Shown: positions 27,777 through 37,069 of the stretch, piece by piece | Layout: the number at the start of each line of letters is the position of its first letter | How positions within the stretch are numbered: position 1 is the first letter of the stretch | From: a virus | Reading direction: 5' to 3' (one strand) | Length of the DNA stretch: 64,000 nt | Virus record (IMG/VR): IMGVR_UViG_3300045988_176431 | Span: 128,001-192,000 of that record | Notes under the pieces: generated by a model | Database searches by the model: none | What the model saw: the letters and a program-made list of their open reading frames with translations, nothing else | Told to the model about the DNA's origin: nothing | Translations under genes and position numbers: made by a program

Positions 27777-28655
27777 TCAATTATTAAAAGAAGAATAAAA
27801 ATCTTTTACTTCATTTACAGAATTTGGATCTAATTTACAATAAATCATATTATTTCCATCTTTTATAATACCATATTCTTTGGAAACATCGAATCCTACA
27901 AATTCGTCTTTTGATAATTCAAAGGATTCCATAATAAGATTCATATTAATGTCTTTATGACCAACATTTTCAAGAATCTCTTTCAATGGTAATAATACAT
28001 CTTTCGAGTATTCTCTTACTTTATCAACTGCAGATTCTGTTACTGTTTGAATTGCTTTCATAACACCCTTTGCTTCAGATGTAGCATGTGCTTCTTTATG
28101 AGATGGATATAATACCCAATCATAAGTAATTACTTTTCTTGCAATAACAGTTGGTTTATTTTTAATCAACTGAAGACCAGCAAGAGCACGACAACTGAAA
28201 GCAGGATTTAATCCTTGAATAATCTCAGATGCAAATCCACGACCTGCTTTTGTTCCAGAAGCTGTTTCAATATGTGCATATAACATATTATCTTTAAAAA
28301 CAGGTCTCATAATTTTATGAGACCGACGACTCATTTCAATCGTATTAATACGTTCTGGTGTTAATGGTTGATTTTTGTATTTTTGTAACGGATGATCCAT
28401 CTCTCCATACCAAGCATTATCTGCTAATAATGATTGAAGTCTCTCTGTTTTAAAACATTCTTCAATATTAGAAGAAATATATTGTCGAGAATTACGGTTA
28501 ATTACTTCAAAAGATTGTAAGCATGTATCAAAACTTACAAAGAATACACCATGTTTATCAACTGCATCAACATTTTGGATTTTGTAATCTTCAGGACTTG
28601 TTTGTTCTGCGATATACATAAATCCTAAATCATTTATATCTTGCATTGATGTCAC
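27777..28655 (-). CDS. prohead core protease (T4 gp21-like, S77 family)
   Basis: 'EVINRNSRQY', 'GEMDHP' and 'AFSCRALAGL' line up with T4 gp21 'EVVNRNKRLY', 'GELNHP' and 'VSSRGLGSL' (catalytic His and Ser), as recalled from memory. Confidence 0.75.
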   Translation of the reverse strand: MTSMQDINDLGFMYIAEQTSPEDYKIQNVDAVDKHGVFFVSFDTCLQSFEVINRNSRQYISSNIEECFKTERLQSLLADNAWYGEMDHPLQKYKNQPLTPERINTIEMSRRSHKIMRPVFKDNMLYAHIETASGTKAGRGFASEIIQGLNPAFSCRALAGLQLIKNKPTVIARKVITYDWVLYPSHKEAHATSEAKGVMKAIQTVTESAVDKVREYSKDVLLPLKEILENVGHKDINMNLIMESFELSKDEFVGFDVSKEYGIIKDGNNMIYCKLDPNSVNEVKDFYSSFNN

Positions 28656-28680
28656 CTCAATTCTTTTTTCTTAATTTCTA

Positions 28681-28697
28681 TTAAACTAATGTTTTTT
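28681..28697 (-). promoter_or_regulatory. A-tract/ACA promoter-like motif
   Basis: AAAAAACATTAGTTTAA, 35 nt upstream of ATG 28655. Confidence 0.6.
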
Positions 28698-28789
28698 CAA
28701 TAAATCATACAACTCTGGTAATTTTCATCAGATAGATTTTAGATACTCATAAGACATTTAGATAATTATTTTGATAAAGGAGAATCAAA

Positions 28790-30027
28790 ATGGTAAATAA
28801 TATTAAAAAAGAACAAAGAGCAAATATCTTAAAGAATCTAAAAGATATTAAAATGTCCAAATTAAAGATCAAAATGGATATTACGACATTAGATATGATT
28901 ATATCGTTCTTATATAAAGATAGCGTATTAAGAACAAGAAAAACCATGAATAACATTATGAAATTAATGAATTCATTGGATTATCGAATTTATGAAAATG
29001 ATGATAATGAACCATATATCATGTCACGTATTTGGATTATACAAAAAACGTTAGAAGCAAGATTAATTGAGGGTTTTGCAAACGATGACATGATTAAACA
29101 ATATTGTTTTGACCATCCAGATTGTGATGAGTATAAAAAAGAAATATTAGAAGATGTTCTAAAACATGGAGCAAAGATTACTCATGATGAGAGTAAATAC
29201 TTAATTAAGCAAATTGATGACCGTTTAAATTTTGGTTATACGATTACCTTAAAAGAAATTTTTATGGAACTTCTAAATCGTTTGGATGAAGGAGATTTTA
29301 GAAGTTATAAAGCAATATCAGAAGATTTATATCAAATTGCATCTTCTGTAATAAATATCAGACGTTCCACAAGCAGTCTTGGTGCAGACCAAACATTTTC
29401 ATTACAAGATGAGATATTCCAAACAGTAATTCCAGATGCATTGAATCGATTAAAAGATAGGAATCGAATTTTTATTACTGGAATACGTCGTTGGAATACT
29501 ATTTTATCCCCTGGATATATGAGTAAACGTCTCTATACATATTTAGCATTTCCGGGTGGTGGTAAAAGTCAAATCTTATTAAAAACAGCACTTGATGTTA
29601 GAAAATATAATACAAGGATTCAAACAAAGAATCCAGATAAAAGACCTGCTGTTTTATTTATTACAATGGAAAATAGTATTGAAGAAACAGTAGAGCGAAT
29701 TTTTAATATGACAGCTTCGAATGATGACATTCGAAATTATACAGAAAAACAAGTAATAAAGAAATTAAAAACAGAGGGTGGACTTACTTTAACAGAGAAA
29801 AATAATATTGATATTATCATTCAATATTATGATAATAGAAGTATTGATACAAATGATTTATATGGTATCATACAGGATTTAGAGGATGAAGGAATTGAAA
29901 CAGTAATGCTTATCCTCGATTATGTAAAACGTATTCGTCCAGCAGAAAAAGGAGAAAGCGAAAAAATAGAATTAAAAAATATTACAAATGAATTAAAATC
30001 ACTTGCAAATTATTTCGACATACCCGT
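28790..30027 (+). CDS. DnaB-type replicative helicase, exon 1
   Basis: Walker A 'AFPGGGKSQ' and Walker B/H2 'LILDYVKRIRP', then 'LKSLANYFDIPV'. The frame runs into a stop where the H3 motif is expected. Confidence 0.8.
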
Positions 30028-30398
30028 TGACAACACAGCGGCATAAATTTTATATTTATGAAAACCTATCTAATTGCGGGGAACTATCTATAATTAATAA
30101 CTACTAACTTATGATGGTGACATACATAAGGGCAAGGGTTAACTCCTAAGGTATAGTAAAAAGGTTATTGATTGATACAATCGACGCAGCGAAGTATCTT
30201 ATATAATAATATATTAAGATATGAGTTCAACGACTATCGAAAGTATAGGTTAAGAGAAATACTTAACTGAATAAACGAGTAGAGTAGACCAGAATATCTG
30301 GGTGCATGAAATTGATGCTTTACGAAACGGTAGGGATATTATATTTGGTGGCAGAATATAATATCATGATATAGTCTATTTAATTAAAAAATTAAATG
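30028..30398 (+). ncRNA. predicted group I self-splicing intron (no internal ORF)
   Basis: The conserved helicase frame resumes 371 nt downstream. The 5' exon ends in U (30027). CCCGU (30023-30027) can pair with GCGGG (30076-30080), giving the U-G wobble of P1. The last intron base is G (30398). The splice restores the frame as DIPV-VTAQQLNR. Confidence 0.6.
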
Positions 30399-30885
30399 TG
30401 TAACAGCACAACAGTTAAATCGTGTAGCGGCTAGTGTAGTAGATGCTGCTATCCAAGCAAAAAAAGAAGATGTAACACGATTAGTTGGTCGAGATGGTAT
30501 TGCAGGTGCATGGGAAATTATTGAGAATTCAGATTTTGTTTGTATTTTGAATCAAGAAGTAAAGATGGATACTGGTGATTTATATATGACATTTAAATTA
30601 CTAAAACGCCGTTATCGTTCAGCAGAAGAAAGCGAGAAATTAAGGAAACTTGAATATTTCAACCATCCTTACTCAAAAGAAAATGAAATTCAACTTATTG
30701 ATGATGTATATTTAGAAAAATCCGTATCATTAACAAGTCTTGCTACTCAATTTATGGGTGCTGAAGAAATTAGTAAGCGTGGAAAGAAAAATGCTGTAGA
30801 AAGAAAGAATACAAAAGATAAGAAAAATGATACATTATATGATTTGGAATTTGAACCTTTTGATTTTAATAAATCACTCAATTAA
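30399..30885 (+). CDS. DnaB-type replicative helicase, exon 2
   Basis: 'TAQQLNR' (H3), 'GAWEIIENSDFVCILNQE' (H4-like) and 'FKLLKRRYR'. There is no start codon or SD at the beginning of this frame. Confidence 0.8.
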
Positions 30886-30898
30886 AAGGAAAATATAT

Positions 30899-30945
30899 AA
30901 AAGAGATAAAAAATAAATACTTATCTCTTTTATATATTATTTTTA
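30899..30945 (+). terminator. intrinsic terminator
   Basis: Stem aaaagagataa / ttatctctttt with a T-rich tail. Confidence 0.55.
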
Positions 30946-30976
30946 TGAATTTAATAAAGAAAGGATGAATAAAAAA

Positions 30977-31810
30977 ATGGAAAGAAAATATGAATTATTA
31001 ACAGATCAAACTAAAGAATTTCACAATGGTACGGTATATCGTATTCAAGCATTAAAAGATATAAATGATTATATTAAGAAAGGTGATATTGGAGGATGGG
31101 TATCATCTGAGAATAATCTTTCTCATGATGGAACATGTTGGATTGATAATAATGCAGTTGTTTGTGAAAAGGCACGTGTAAAAGATAACGCATATGTTTA
31201 TGATAATGCTATGATTTATGGTCATGCAATTATCTCTGGTAATGCAAAAGTATCAGGTAATGCTGATGTTCATAATTTTGCATTAGTATCTGAAAATGCA
31301 AATGTATCAGATAATGCTTTTTTAGAGGATGAATGTCATGTACACGGGAATGCACGTGTTTTTGGTACACCTATAATATGTGATAGTGCAAATATCTATG
31401 GAAATAGTGCGATTTTTGATGTAGCTACAATTTATGAAAATGCCATTGTAGAAGAATTCGGTAGTGTAAAAGAAAATGCAAGAGTTCATGGTAATTGTAG
31501 GATTACGGGCATCGCTTCAATATCTGGAGATGCAGATGTGAAGGGTGGAATTATAGATGTTGGTGATATATCAACATATGCAGTCATTCGGTCTAATAAT
31601 GATTATTTATCATTATTATCTGTTGATTATGATTTAACAGCTTATCGATCATCTGGTGATCATATTTATATCAATTATATACAATATGATGATATGCGTG
31701 CAATTTTTAAATTAGAAGAATTTGAGAAAAGGATAAAAAAATATAAACGTAAAATTAGAAAAGAATATATGTGCATCATTAAAATAATTAAGAATAATCT
31801 TAAAAAATAA
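30977..31810 (+). CDS. YdcK-like left-handed beta-helix repeat protein, paralog 1
   Basis: 'YRIQALKDI..KKGDIGGWVSSENNLSHDGTCWIDNNA' followed by many 'NAxV/I' hexapeptide-like repeats. The pattern matches E. coli YdcK as I recall it. Confidence 0.65.
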   Translation: MERKYELLTDQTKEFHNGTVYRIQALKDINDYIKKGDIGGWVSSENNLSHDGTCWIDNNAVVCEKARVKDNAYVYDNAMIYGHAIISGNAKVSGNADVHNFALVSENANVSDNAFLEDECHVHGNARVFGTPIICDSANIYGNSAIFDVATIYENAIVEEFGSVKENARVHGNCRITGIASISGDADVKGGIIDVGDISTYAVIRSNNDYLSLLSVDYDLTAYRSSGDHIYINYIQYDDMRAIFKLEEFEKRIKKYKRKIRKEYMCIIKIIKNNLKK

Positions 31811-31823
31811 GGAGGATAAGAAA

Positions 31824-32609
31824 ATGGATAAGAAATATAAAATTTTACCAGAAACAAAACGTAAACTTGCAAATGGAAGAACTGTTTTCAGGATTCAAGC
31901 ATTACGGAATTTTAGTGATGTGAAAGAGGGTGATATTGGTGGTTGGATAGAATCTGAAAAGAATCTTTCACAGAAAGGAAATTGCTGGATTTATGATAAC
32001 GCAATCGTTACTCATTCTGCTAGAGTAATGGATGATGCCAAAATTCAAAATGATGTAATGATTGCAGATAGTGCTTTAATTCTTGAGAATGCTCTTATAC
32101 GAAATAATGCGGCAGTACATAATTCAGCATCTGTTTGTGGGAATGCAGTAGTTGAAGATGATGTAACAATAGTCGATAATGCTCATATATGTGATTATTC
32201 TCATATACAAGATTATGCTTTTATTCATGATAATGCGATAATAACGGGATATGCAAAAGTAATGGATAATGCTGAAGTTTTTAATAATTCTAGGATTTCT
32301 GGATTCACCACCATATTCGAAAATGCTCGTATTTATCATAATGGTAATGATATAATATGTGGTAATATTGGTGATGACGCATTCATAACATCAGTATATG
32401 AAGATATATTTTATACAGAAATAGGAAAATTTAATTTAACAGCATATCGTACAAATTATGGATTTATGATTTGTTATTATAATGAATTCGGTAAGTATAT
32501 ATGTATAGATCCAAAATATTTTAAAAGAGTAATTCGCACATTATATAAGGGTAAAAGAAGGAAATTACTATTAAAAACTTATAGAGTAATAAAAGAATAT
32601 TTTAAATAA
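31824..32609 (+). CDS. YdcK-like left-handed beta-helix repeat protein, paralog 2
   Basis: 'FRIQALRNFSDVKEGDIGGWIESEKNLSQKGNCWIYDNA' plus repeats. SD aaggagga. Confidence 0.65.
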   Translation: MDKKYKILPETKRKLANGRTVFRIQALRNFSDVKEGDIGGWIESEKNLSQKGNCWIYDNAIVTHSARVMDDAKIQNDVMIADSALILENALIRNNAAVHNSASVCGNAVVEDDVTIVDNAHICDYSHIQDYAFIHDNAIITGYAKVMDNAEVFNNSRISGFTTIFENARIYHNGNDIICGNIGDDAFITSVYEDIFYTEIGKFNLTAYRTNYGFMICYYNEFGKYICIDPKYFKRVIRTLYKGKRRKLLLKTYRVIKEYFK

Positions 32610-32622
32610 GGAGGAAATAAAT

Positions 32623-33141
32623 ATGTTAAAAAGAATAGAATCTGTATCAATAGATTTTGAATCAAGGAAACCGTTAGATATTACTAAACCAAAGGATTTT
32701 ATGCTTAATTATAATGAGGTTACAAATTCACATACCTTAAAAATATTATCTCGTATTAAAGATGTTAATCATATTAGTGAAAATATGGCAATGATTATCA
32801 GTCATTATATTTTAGCACGATTGTACCAGACTGGTCAACTTAAATCTATGCGTATTATGAAATTTCATAACGATGAAGATTTTCAAAAAGATATTCTAAC
32901 ATCAATTTATGATATAGATAGAGGAAATAAAGAGGTAAGTTTGAAATATAATTTTAGTTATATAAAAGCTTATGCTGAAATATATTCAGACTTATTGGAT
33001 GGATATAAATCAGAGTCATGTTGTAAAGAAATACTTGATGACACTATTTCCATATTAAAAGAAAATGGAATTAATGCCAGTGTTAAAGATACATGGTATA
33101 GTGTTATAGTATTGATTAATTTTAAAAAGAAAGTGAGGTGA
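32623..33141 (+). CDS. paralog family member 1 (unknown function)
   Basis: C-terminal 'CCKEILDDTISILKENGINASVKD' is shared in pattern with the next three genes. Confidence 0.6.
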   Translation: MLKRIESVSIDFESRKPLDITKPKDFMLNYNEVTNSHTLKILSRIKDVNHISENMAMIISHYILARLYQTGQLKSMRIMKFHNDEDFQKDILTSIYDIDRGNKEVSLKYNFSYIKAYAEIYSDLLDGYKSESCCKEILDDTISILKENGINASVKDTWYSVIVLINFKKKVR

Positions 33142-33146
33142 ATGTG

Positions 33147-33611
33147 ATGAAATTAAGATATCTAAGTAGGATATTATCATATGATGATATCACAAACCCA
33201 GAGACAAACGAAATAAAAAAGATAGTAAGAAGTAAGAGAAGAATAAGTAGAAATATTGCTAAACTCATTACTTGTGAATTATATTATAAGAACGTGAAGT
33301 TCAACAAGTTACCTGATGATATTCCAGATAAAGATGGTATTGCTTTATCGAATTTTCATATGATCAACCAAATGATAGAAATTGCTTGTGAGGATGTAGT
33401 TGTACATGGTAAAAAATATAAACCCAAATTTATAAAAAAATACGAGTTAATATTTAAGCATATATTACGTGGATCTGATAATAATGAACTTTTTTGTGAA
33501 GAAGTATTAGATGATGTTATTTTTAAATTACGTAATAGAGGGATTGATGCAAGATACAATGATAATCCTAGAGCACATCTCATTATTAATTTATCACAAA
33601 AAGCAGATTAA
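33147..33611 (+). CDS. paralog family member 2
   Basis: 'FCEEVLDDVIFKLRNRGIDARYND'. ATG 33147 behind SD gaggtga. Confidence 0.6.
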   Translation: MKLRYLSRILSYDDITNPETNEIKKIVRSKRRISRNIAKLITCELYYKNVKFNKLPDDIPDKDGIALSNFHMINQMIEIACEDVVVHGKKYKPKFIKKYELIFKHILRGSDNNELFCEEVLDDVIFKLRNRGIDARYNDNPRAHLIINLSQKAD

Positions 33612-33625
33612 GGAGGATAATAAAA

Positions 33626-34201
33626 ATGAAAAATTGGAAAAAATTTGATCCATCAAAATTAATTGTAAAACGGGAAGAAGCTATGTATCCTAATACATAT
33701 TATATTAAAAAGAAATATGCTAAGAATTCTAATGAAGATGCTGAATTTATTGCTGCAACTGATACAATTACAATGCTTCTCACACACTGGATTTTGATAG
33801 GTAAACTTGAAAGTCCTGCTACGATGGTTATTGATATTGGAATGAGTAAAAATATTGGTCGTAGCCCAATGAATAATAAGAAACAAAATATTTTAAATTC
33901 TATTGAGGAATCAATTAATGAAGATGATTTATATATTACATCGGATTTTATTGAAAAATACTTCAATATTTTAGGTCATATAATAAGTGGATTTGGTACA
34001 GGTGAACCATATTGTATAAAATTATATAATAACATTTGCAGAAAGTTGCAAACTAATGGATATGATGTTGAATATGATTTTAACAAAAATAGTATGTTAA
34101 TTCATGCAGTTTTTAAAGATATTGAAGAAGAATCAGATGTTAAAGAATCGGCTGCTCAATATGATACTGATATGAGCTTAAGTTCTAGTATGAATTATTA
34201 A
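33626..34201 (+). CDS. paralog family member 3
   Basis: 'YCIKLYNNICRKLQTNGYDVEYDF'. SD aaggagga. Confidence 0.6.
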   Translation: MKNWKKFDPSKLIVKREEAMYPNTYYIKKKYAKNSNEDAEFIAATDTITMLLTHWILIGKLESPATMVIDIGMSKNIGRSPMNNKKQNILNSIEESINEDDLYITSDFIEKYFNILGHIISGFGTGEPYCIKLYNNICRKLQTNGYDVEYDFNKNSMLIHAVFKDIEEESDVKESAAQYDTDMSLSSSMNY

Positions 34202-34227
34202 AGAGATTATATTTAAGAAGGTAAAAA

Positions 34228-34707
34228 ATGAGTAAATTTAACTTAGAGGATTTAATTTTAAATGAAAAAGATGCTACAAATCCAAAGACTTATACTATTA
34301 AGATAGACAGAAAATTTAATGATGAAACTTTGGTAAATTTTAGTGCTGCAATTATTACACACTATATCAAAAATAAAATAAATGATTCTCCTGAAATAGA
34401 AGAAATTATTATTAATGAGAATCTAATTTCGTATGATGATCGAAAAGCCATATTTTATTCTTTATTAAATCTCCTTCATTATAAAAATAATGAGAATGAT
34501 AGTTTGTTTCATATAACAAAAGAAAATATTAGTGATTGTTTATGTTTACTTTATACAGCAATAAAGGGTTTTTATTATGAAGATCATTGTAAACACTTGG
34601 TTTATAGATTATTTGAAATATTAAAAGTAAAAGGTTATAAGCAATGTGATATTACTTTAGATAGTATTAAAATACAAATTACAGAATCAACAAATGATAA
34701 AGAATAA
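34228..34707 (+). CDS. paralog family member 4
   Basis: 'HCKHLVYRLFEILKVKGYKQCDITL'. Confidence 0.6.
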   Translation: MSKFNLEDLILNEKDATNPKTYTIKIDRKFNDETLVNFSAAIITHYIKNKINDSPEIEEIIINENLISYDDRKAIFYSLLNLLHYKNNENDSLFHITKENISDCLCLLYTAIKGFYYEDHCKHLVYRLFEILKVKGYKQCDITLDSIKIQITESTNDKE

Positions 34708-34739
34708 ATATAAAAAAAGAAAGAAATGATTCATTTCAT
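34701..34739 (+). repeat. 'gene end plus terminator' repeat, degenerate copy R1
   Basis: agaataaatataaaaaaagaaagaaatgatt matches R2 and R3 over 31 nt, then diverges. It includes the TAA stop of the upstream gene. Confidence 0.8.
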
Positions 34740-34761
34740 GCGGAATTTTGGAGGTGAAAAT

Positions 34762-34995
34762 ATGAAATATGTTGTTATTTTAATTGCAATAGTTTTAGTT
34801 TTACTAATTTTTCTATTTGTGTCATACATGTTAGCAGATTATATTAAACCATTAAAAAAGTTCTTTTGCAAAATAGGGTGGCATTGTCACCAAAAGGATT
34901 ATATTACTGAGGGTTTCGATGGTGTTTCCATGCATTGTAAATGTAAATGGTGTGGTTACAAAGGTATGGTAGATAGTCAAGGAAATTTATTTTAG
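34762..34995 (+). CDS. small TM protein with Cys-rich C-terminus
   Basis: ATG 34762 behind SD ggaggtga. TM helix followed by 'CKIGWHCH...CKCKWCGYKG'. Confidence 0.55.
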   Translation: MKYVVILIAIVLVLLIFLFVSYMLADYIKPLKKFFCKIGWHCHQKDYITEGFDGVSMHCKCKWCGYKGMVDSQGNLF

Positions 34996-35007
34996 GAGAA
35001 TAATACA

Positions 35008-35550
35008 ATGTCAAATTTATATGTATATTTAATTTGTTCTCGAAACAAGGATAATAAGGACATTCCAAACTTTAAGGAACGTGCTAAAACAATTCTTGAA
35101 TACAAAGAAAACGAAGATAAAGTGATTGAAGTTTTTAATGATTTTGCAACTAAAGGACTTCCTGGCGAACAGACAAGATTATATAGGTCAGTTAATTCAA
35201 GGAATGAAGAGAAAATCAGAGAAGAGTTGATTATTCGTCTGCTGAGAGATAAGCCAAGTATGACACAACTTAATCGTACATTAGCATCCGTTGCACAACA
35301 GGTACAAAATCGTGATGAGAGCAAATGGCTGTTTGATTTTGATATAGATGATGAAAAATTAGCAGATAAGTTTATACATGCGATTCATAGTTATTCAGTT
35401 ATTATTCCAATTAAACTTATTGAAAAGTATAAAACCCCAAATGGTTATGCAATTATTATTCCGCATGGTTTTGATACAAGAGAGCTTATGGAAAATTGGA
35501 AAGATTATGATATCACATTGAAGAAAGATGAGCTGTTTTTTTGGATATGA
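35008..35550 (+). CDS. hypothetical protein
   Basis: 180-aa ORF with SD taggaga. Motifs 'WLFDFDIDD' and 'TPNGYAIIIPHGFD' are of uncertain meaning. Confidence 0.6.
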   Translation: MSNLYVYLICSRNKDNKDIPNFKERAKTILEYKENEDKVIEVFNDFATKGLPGEQTRLYRSVNSRNEEKIREELIIRLLRDKPSMTQLNRTLASVAQQVQNRDESKWLFDFDIDDEKLADKFIHAIHSYSVIIPIKLIEKYKTPNGYAIIIPHGFDTRELMENWKDYDITLKKDELFFWI

Positions 35551-35580
35551 TAACGAATGGAGGGTGAGTATGTACGAAAA

Positions 35581-35630
35581 ATTAAGAGAATAAATATAAA
35601 AAAAGAAAGAAATGATTAATTTCATTTCTT
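35581..35630 (+). repeat. 'gene end plus terminator' repeat, copy R2 (50 nt identical to R3)
   Basis: attaagagaataaatataaaaaaagaaagaaatgattaatttcatttctt is identical to 38004-38053. Confidence 0.95.
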
Positions 35631-35684
35631 GCAAAGTTAGAAAGATTAGTTAAAAAAATATAAAGGCAAAGGAGATTTTAAAAA

Positions 35685-35951
35685 ATGATGAATTTTGGAC
35701 AGGCAATTGAAGCATTAAAGAATGGTAAGAAAGTAGCAAGAGTTGGATGGAATGGTAAGGGTATGTTTTTGTATTATGTCCCAGTTGGTGCATATGCTCC
35801 TTGTACAGAAATTGCAGAAAGTCTTGTTAATGAGAATGGATTAGTGGAATATGGAGCATATATTGCTATGAAAACTGCACAGGGCAATGTAGTTCCTTGG
35901 TTGGCAAGTCAGACAGATATGCTTGCAGAAGATTGGAACGTAGTAGAGTAA
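35685..35951 (+). CDS. DUF2829 (MW1434/Tad2-like) protein
   Basis: 'FGQAIEALKNGKKVARVGWNGKGMF' and 'VPWLASQTDMLAEDWNVVE' are hallmark stretches of DUF2829. Confidence 0.75.
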   Translation: MMNFGQAIEALKNGKKVARVGWNGKGMFLYYVPVGAYAPCTEIAESLVNENGLVEYGAYIAMKTAQGNVVPWLASQTDMLAEDWNVVE

Positions 35952-35959
35952 AATGAGAT

Positions 35960-35998
35960 GCTATATAGTGCGTATTCATTTAACACGCACTATATAGC
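35960..35998 (+). other. 14-bp stem-loop (processing or termination signal?)
   Basis: gctatatagtgcgt / acgcactatatagc with no T-run after it. Confidence 0.4.
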
Positions 35999-36053
35999 AA
36001 TAAAAGTACCAAGAAATATTGAATTCATGCGAAGTTTAGAAAGAGAGGTAAAT

Positions 36054-36722
36054 ATGAAATTAAAAGTACATTCATTAAGAATAGAACATATTCGTACATA
36101 CAATGATAGAGACGGTGATTTTGAAGACAATTCTAAATATATCTTAAATTGTATTTCGGAGTATGATTTAAAATATGAAGTATCACTTTGGACTGAATAT
36201 GGTGATTGTCCTAGTGGATGGTGTAGTGCATCATATGGACATTGTGAAGTCAGACGTGTCGATTCATTTATCGGCTCAACACATAAACCAATCAAAGATT
36301 TATCGTTTGAAATCGAGACAAAAGAAGGAAACTTTAAAGATATTATTTATGATGCTAAGAATGATATTTACCATGTAGATTACAATGGTGGTAATCCTTG
36401 GTATCCAGATGGTGATGTTGGAATTACGAAAGAATTATTTACAGAAACAAATCGTGCAATGGATAAAAGACCTGTTTGGATTTTCAAAGGTGATAGTGGA
36501 TTAGGTAAGAGTTATATTGCAGGAATTATTGCTAATTCAGATCGAGCGAAAACAGTATATGAGATAGACGCTCATGAAAAATTAGACACCATTGAAGCTG
36601 ACATTATTGTTGTTGGTAATAAATATGAACATTCATTTGAAGAAATTGAGTCAAAAATCAAAGGAGAGCATGAAATCATTTATGTTGACTTTTCAAAAAA
36701 AGCCTATAAAATTACAAAATAA
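36054..36722 (+). CDS. P-loop NTPase-like protein
   Basis: Walker A 'GDSGLGKS' and Walker-B-like 'ADIIVVGN'. ATG 36054 behind SD agagaggta; the track start lies inside the stem-loop. Confidence 0.55.
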   Translation: MKLKVHSLRIEHIRTYNDRDGDFEDNSKYILNCISEYDLKYEVSLWTEYGDCPSGWCSASYGHCEVRRVDSFIGSTHKPIKDLSFEIETKEGNFKDIIYDAKNDIYHVDYNGGNPWYPDGDVGITKELFTETNRAMDKRPVWIFKGDSGLGKSYIAGIIANSDRAKTVYEIDAHEKLDTIEADIIVVGNKYEHSFEEIESKIKGEHEIIYVDFSKKAYKITK

Positions 36723-36794
36723 GGCTTTCTGGAAGCGAAAAGTACCAAGAATTTTCGATTTCTTTTGGAGAATATTAAAGTGGAGGTAATTATA

Positions 36795-37055
36795 ATGACA
36801 AGTTATGAATTTGAAAAAGCTGCAAAGAATGCAGTAATTCAAACATTAAGTGATGATATCAGTATTGACCAGTTGGATCTTGTGTGGTTTGCACATGAGT
36901 TAGGTTATAAGAAATGTACTATTTGGGGAAAGCCAATGGGTAACAGATATGCAGAAGTTACTTATAACAGAGATAAAGATGAGATGTATGTAGACATTTA
37001 TCAGAAGATTATTAACAACAAGATTTCGTCTGATGAGTTCAATTTTGAAGCGTAA
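36795..37055 (+). CDS. hypothetical protein
   Basis: ATG 36795 behind SD gtggaggta. Confidence 0.55.
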   Translation: MTSYEFEKAAKNAVIQTLSDDISIDQLDLVWFAHELGYKKCTIWGKPMGNRYAEVTYNRDKDEMYVDIYQKIINNKISSDEFNFEA

Positions 37056-37069
37056 AGGAGAATATAATT

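Noticed and set aside
30047-30400. tRNA or homing-endonuclease gene inside the helicase interruption. The spacers at 24050-24330 and 55100-55466 were also checked for tRNAs.
   Set aside because: I found no cloverleaf-compatible acceptor or T-arm (no GTTCRANNC-like box) and no ORF with an SD. tRNAscan-SE should still be run.
35008-35550. Archaeo-eukaryotic primase (AEP)-like motifs: 'LFDFDID' as DxD and 'TPNGYAIII' as sGxGxH.
   Set aside because: The motif-II His is replaced (GYA), the spacing was not verified, and the protein is short. Left as hypothetical pending profile search.
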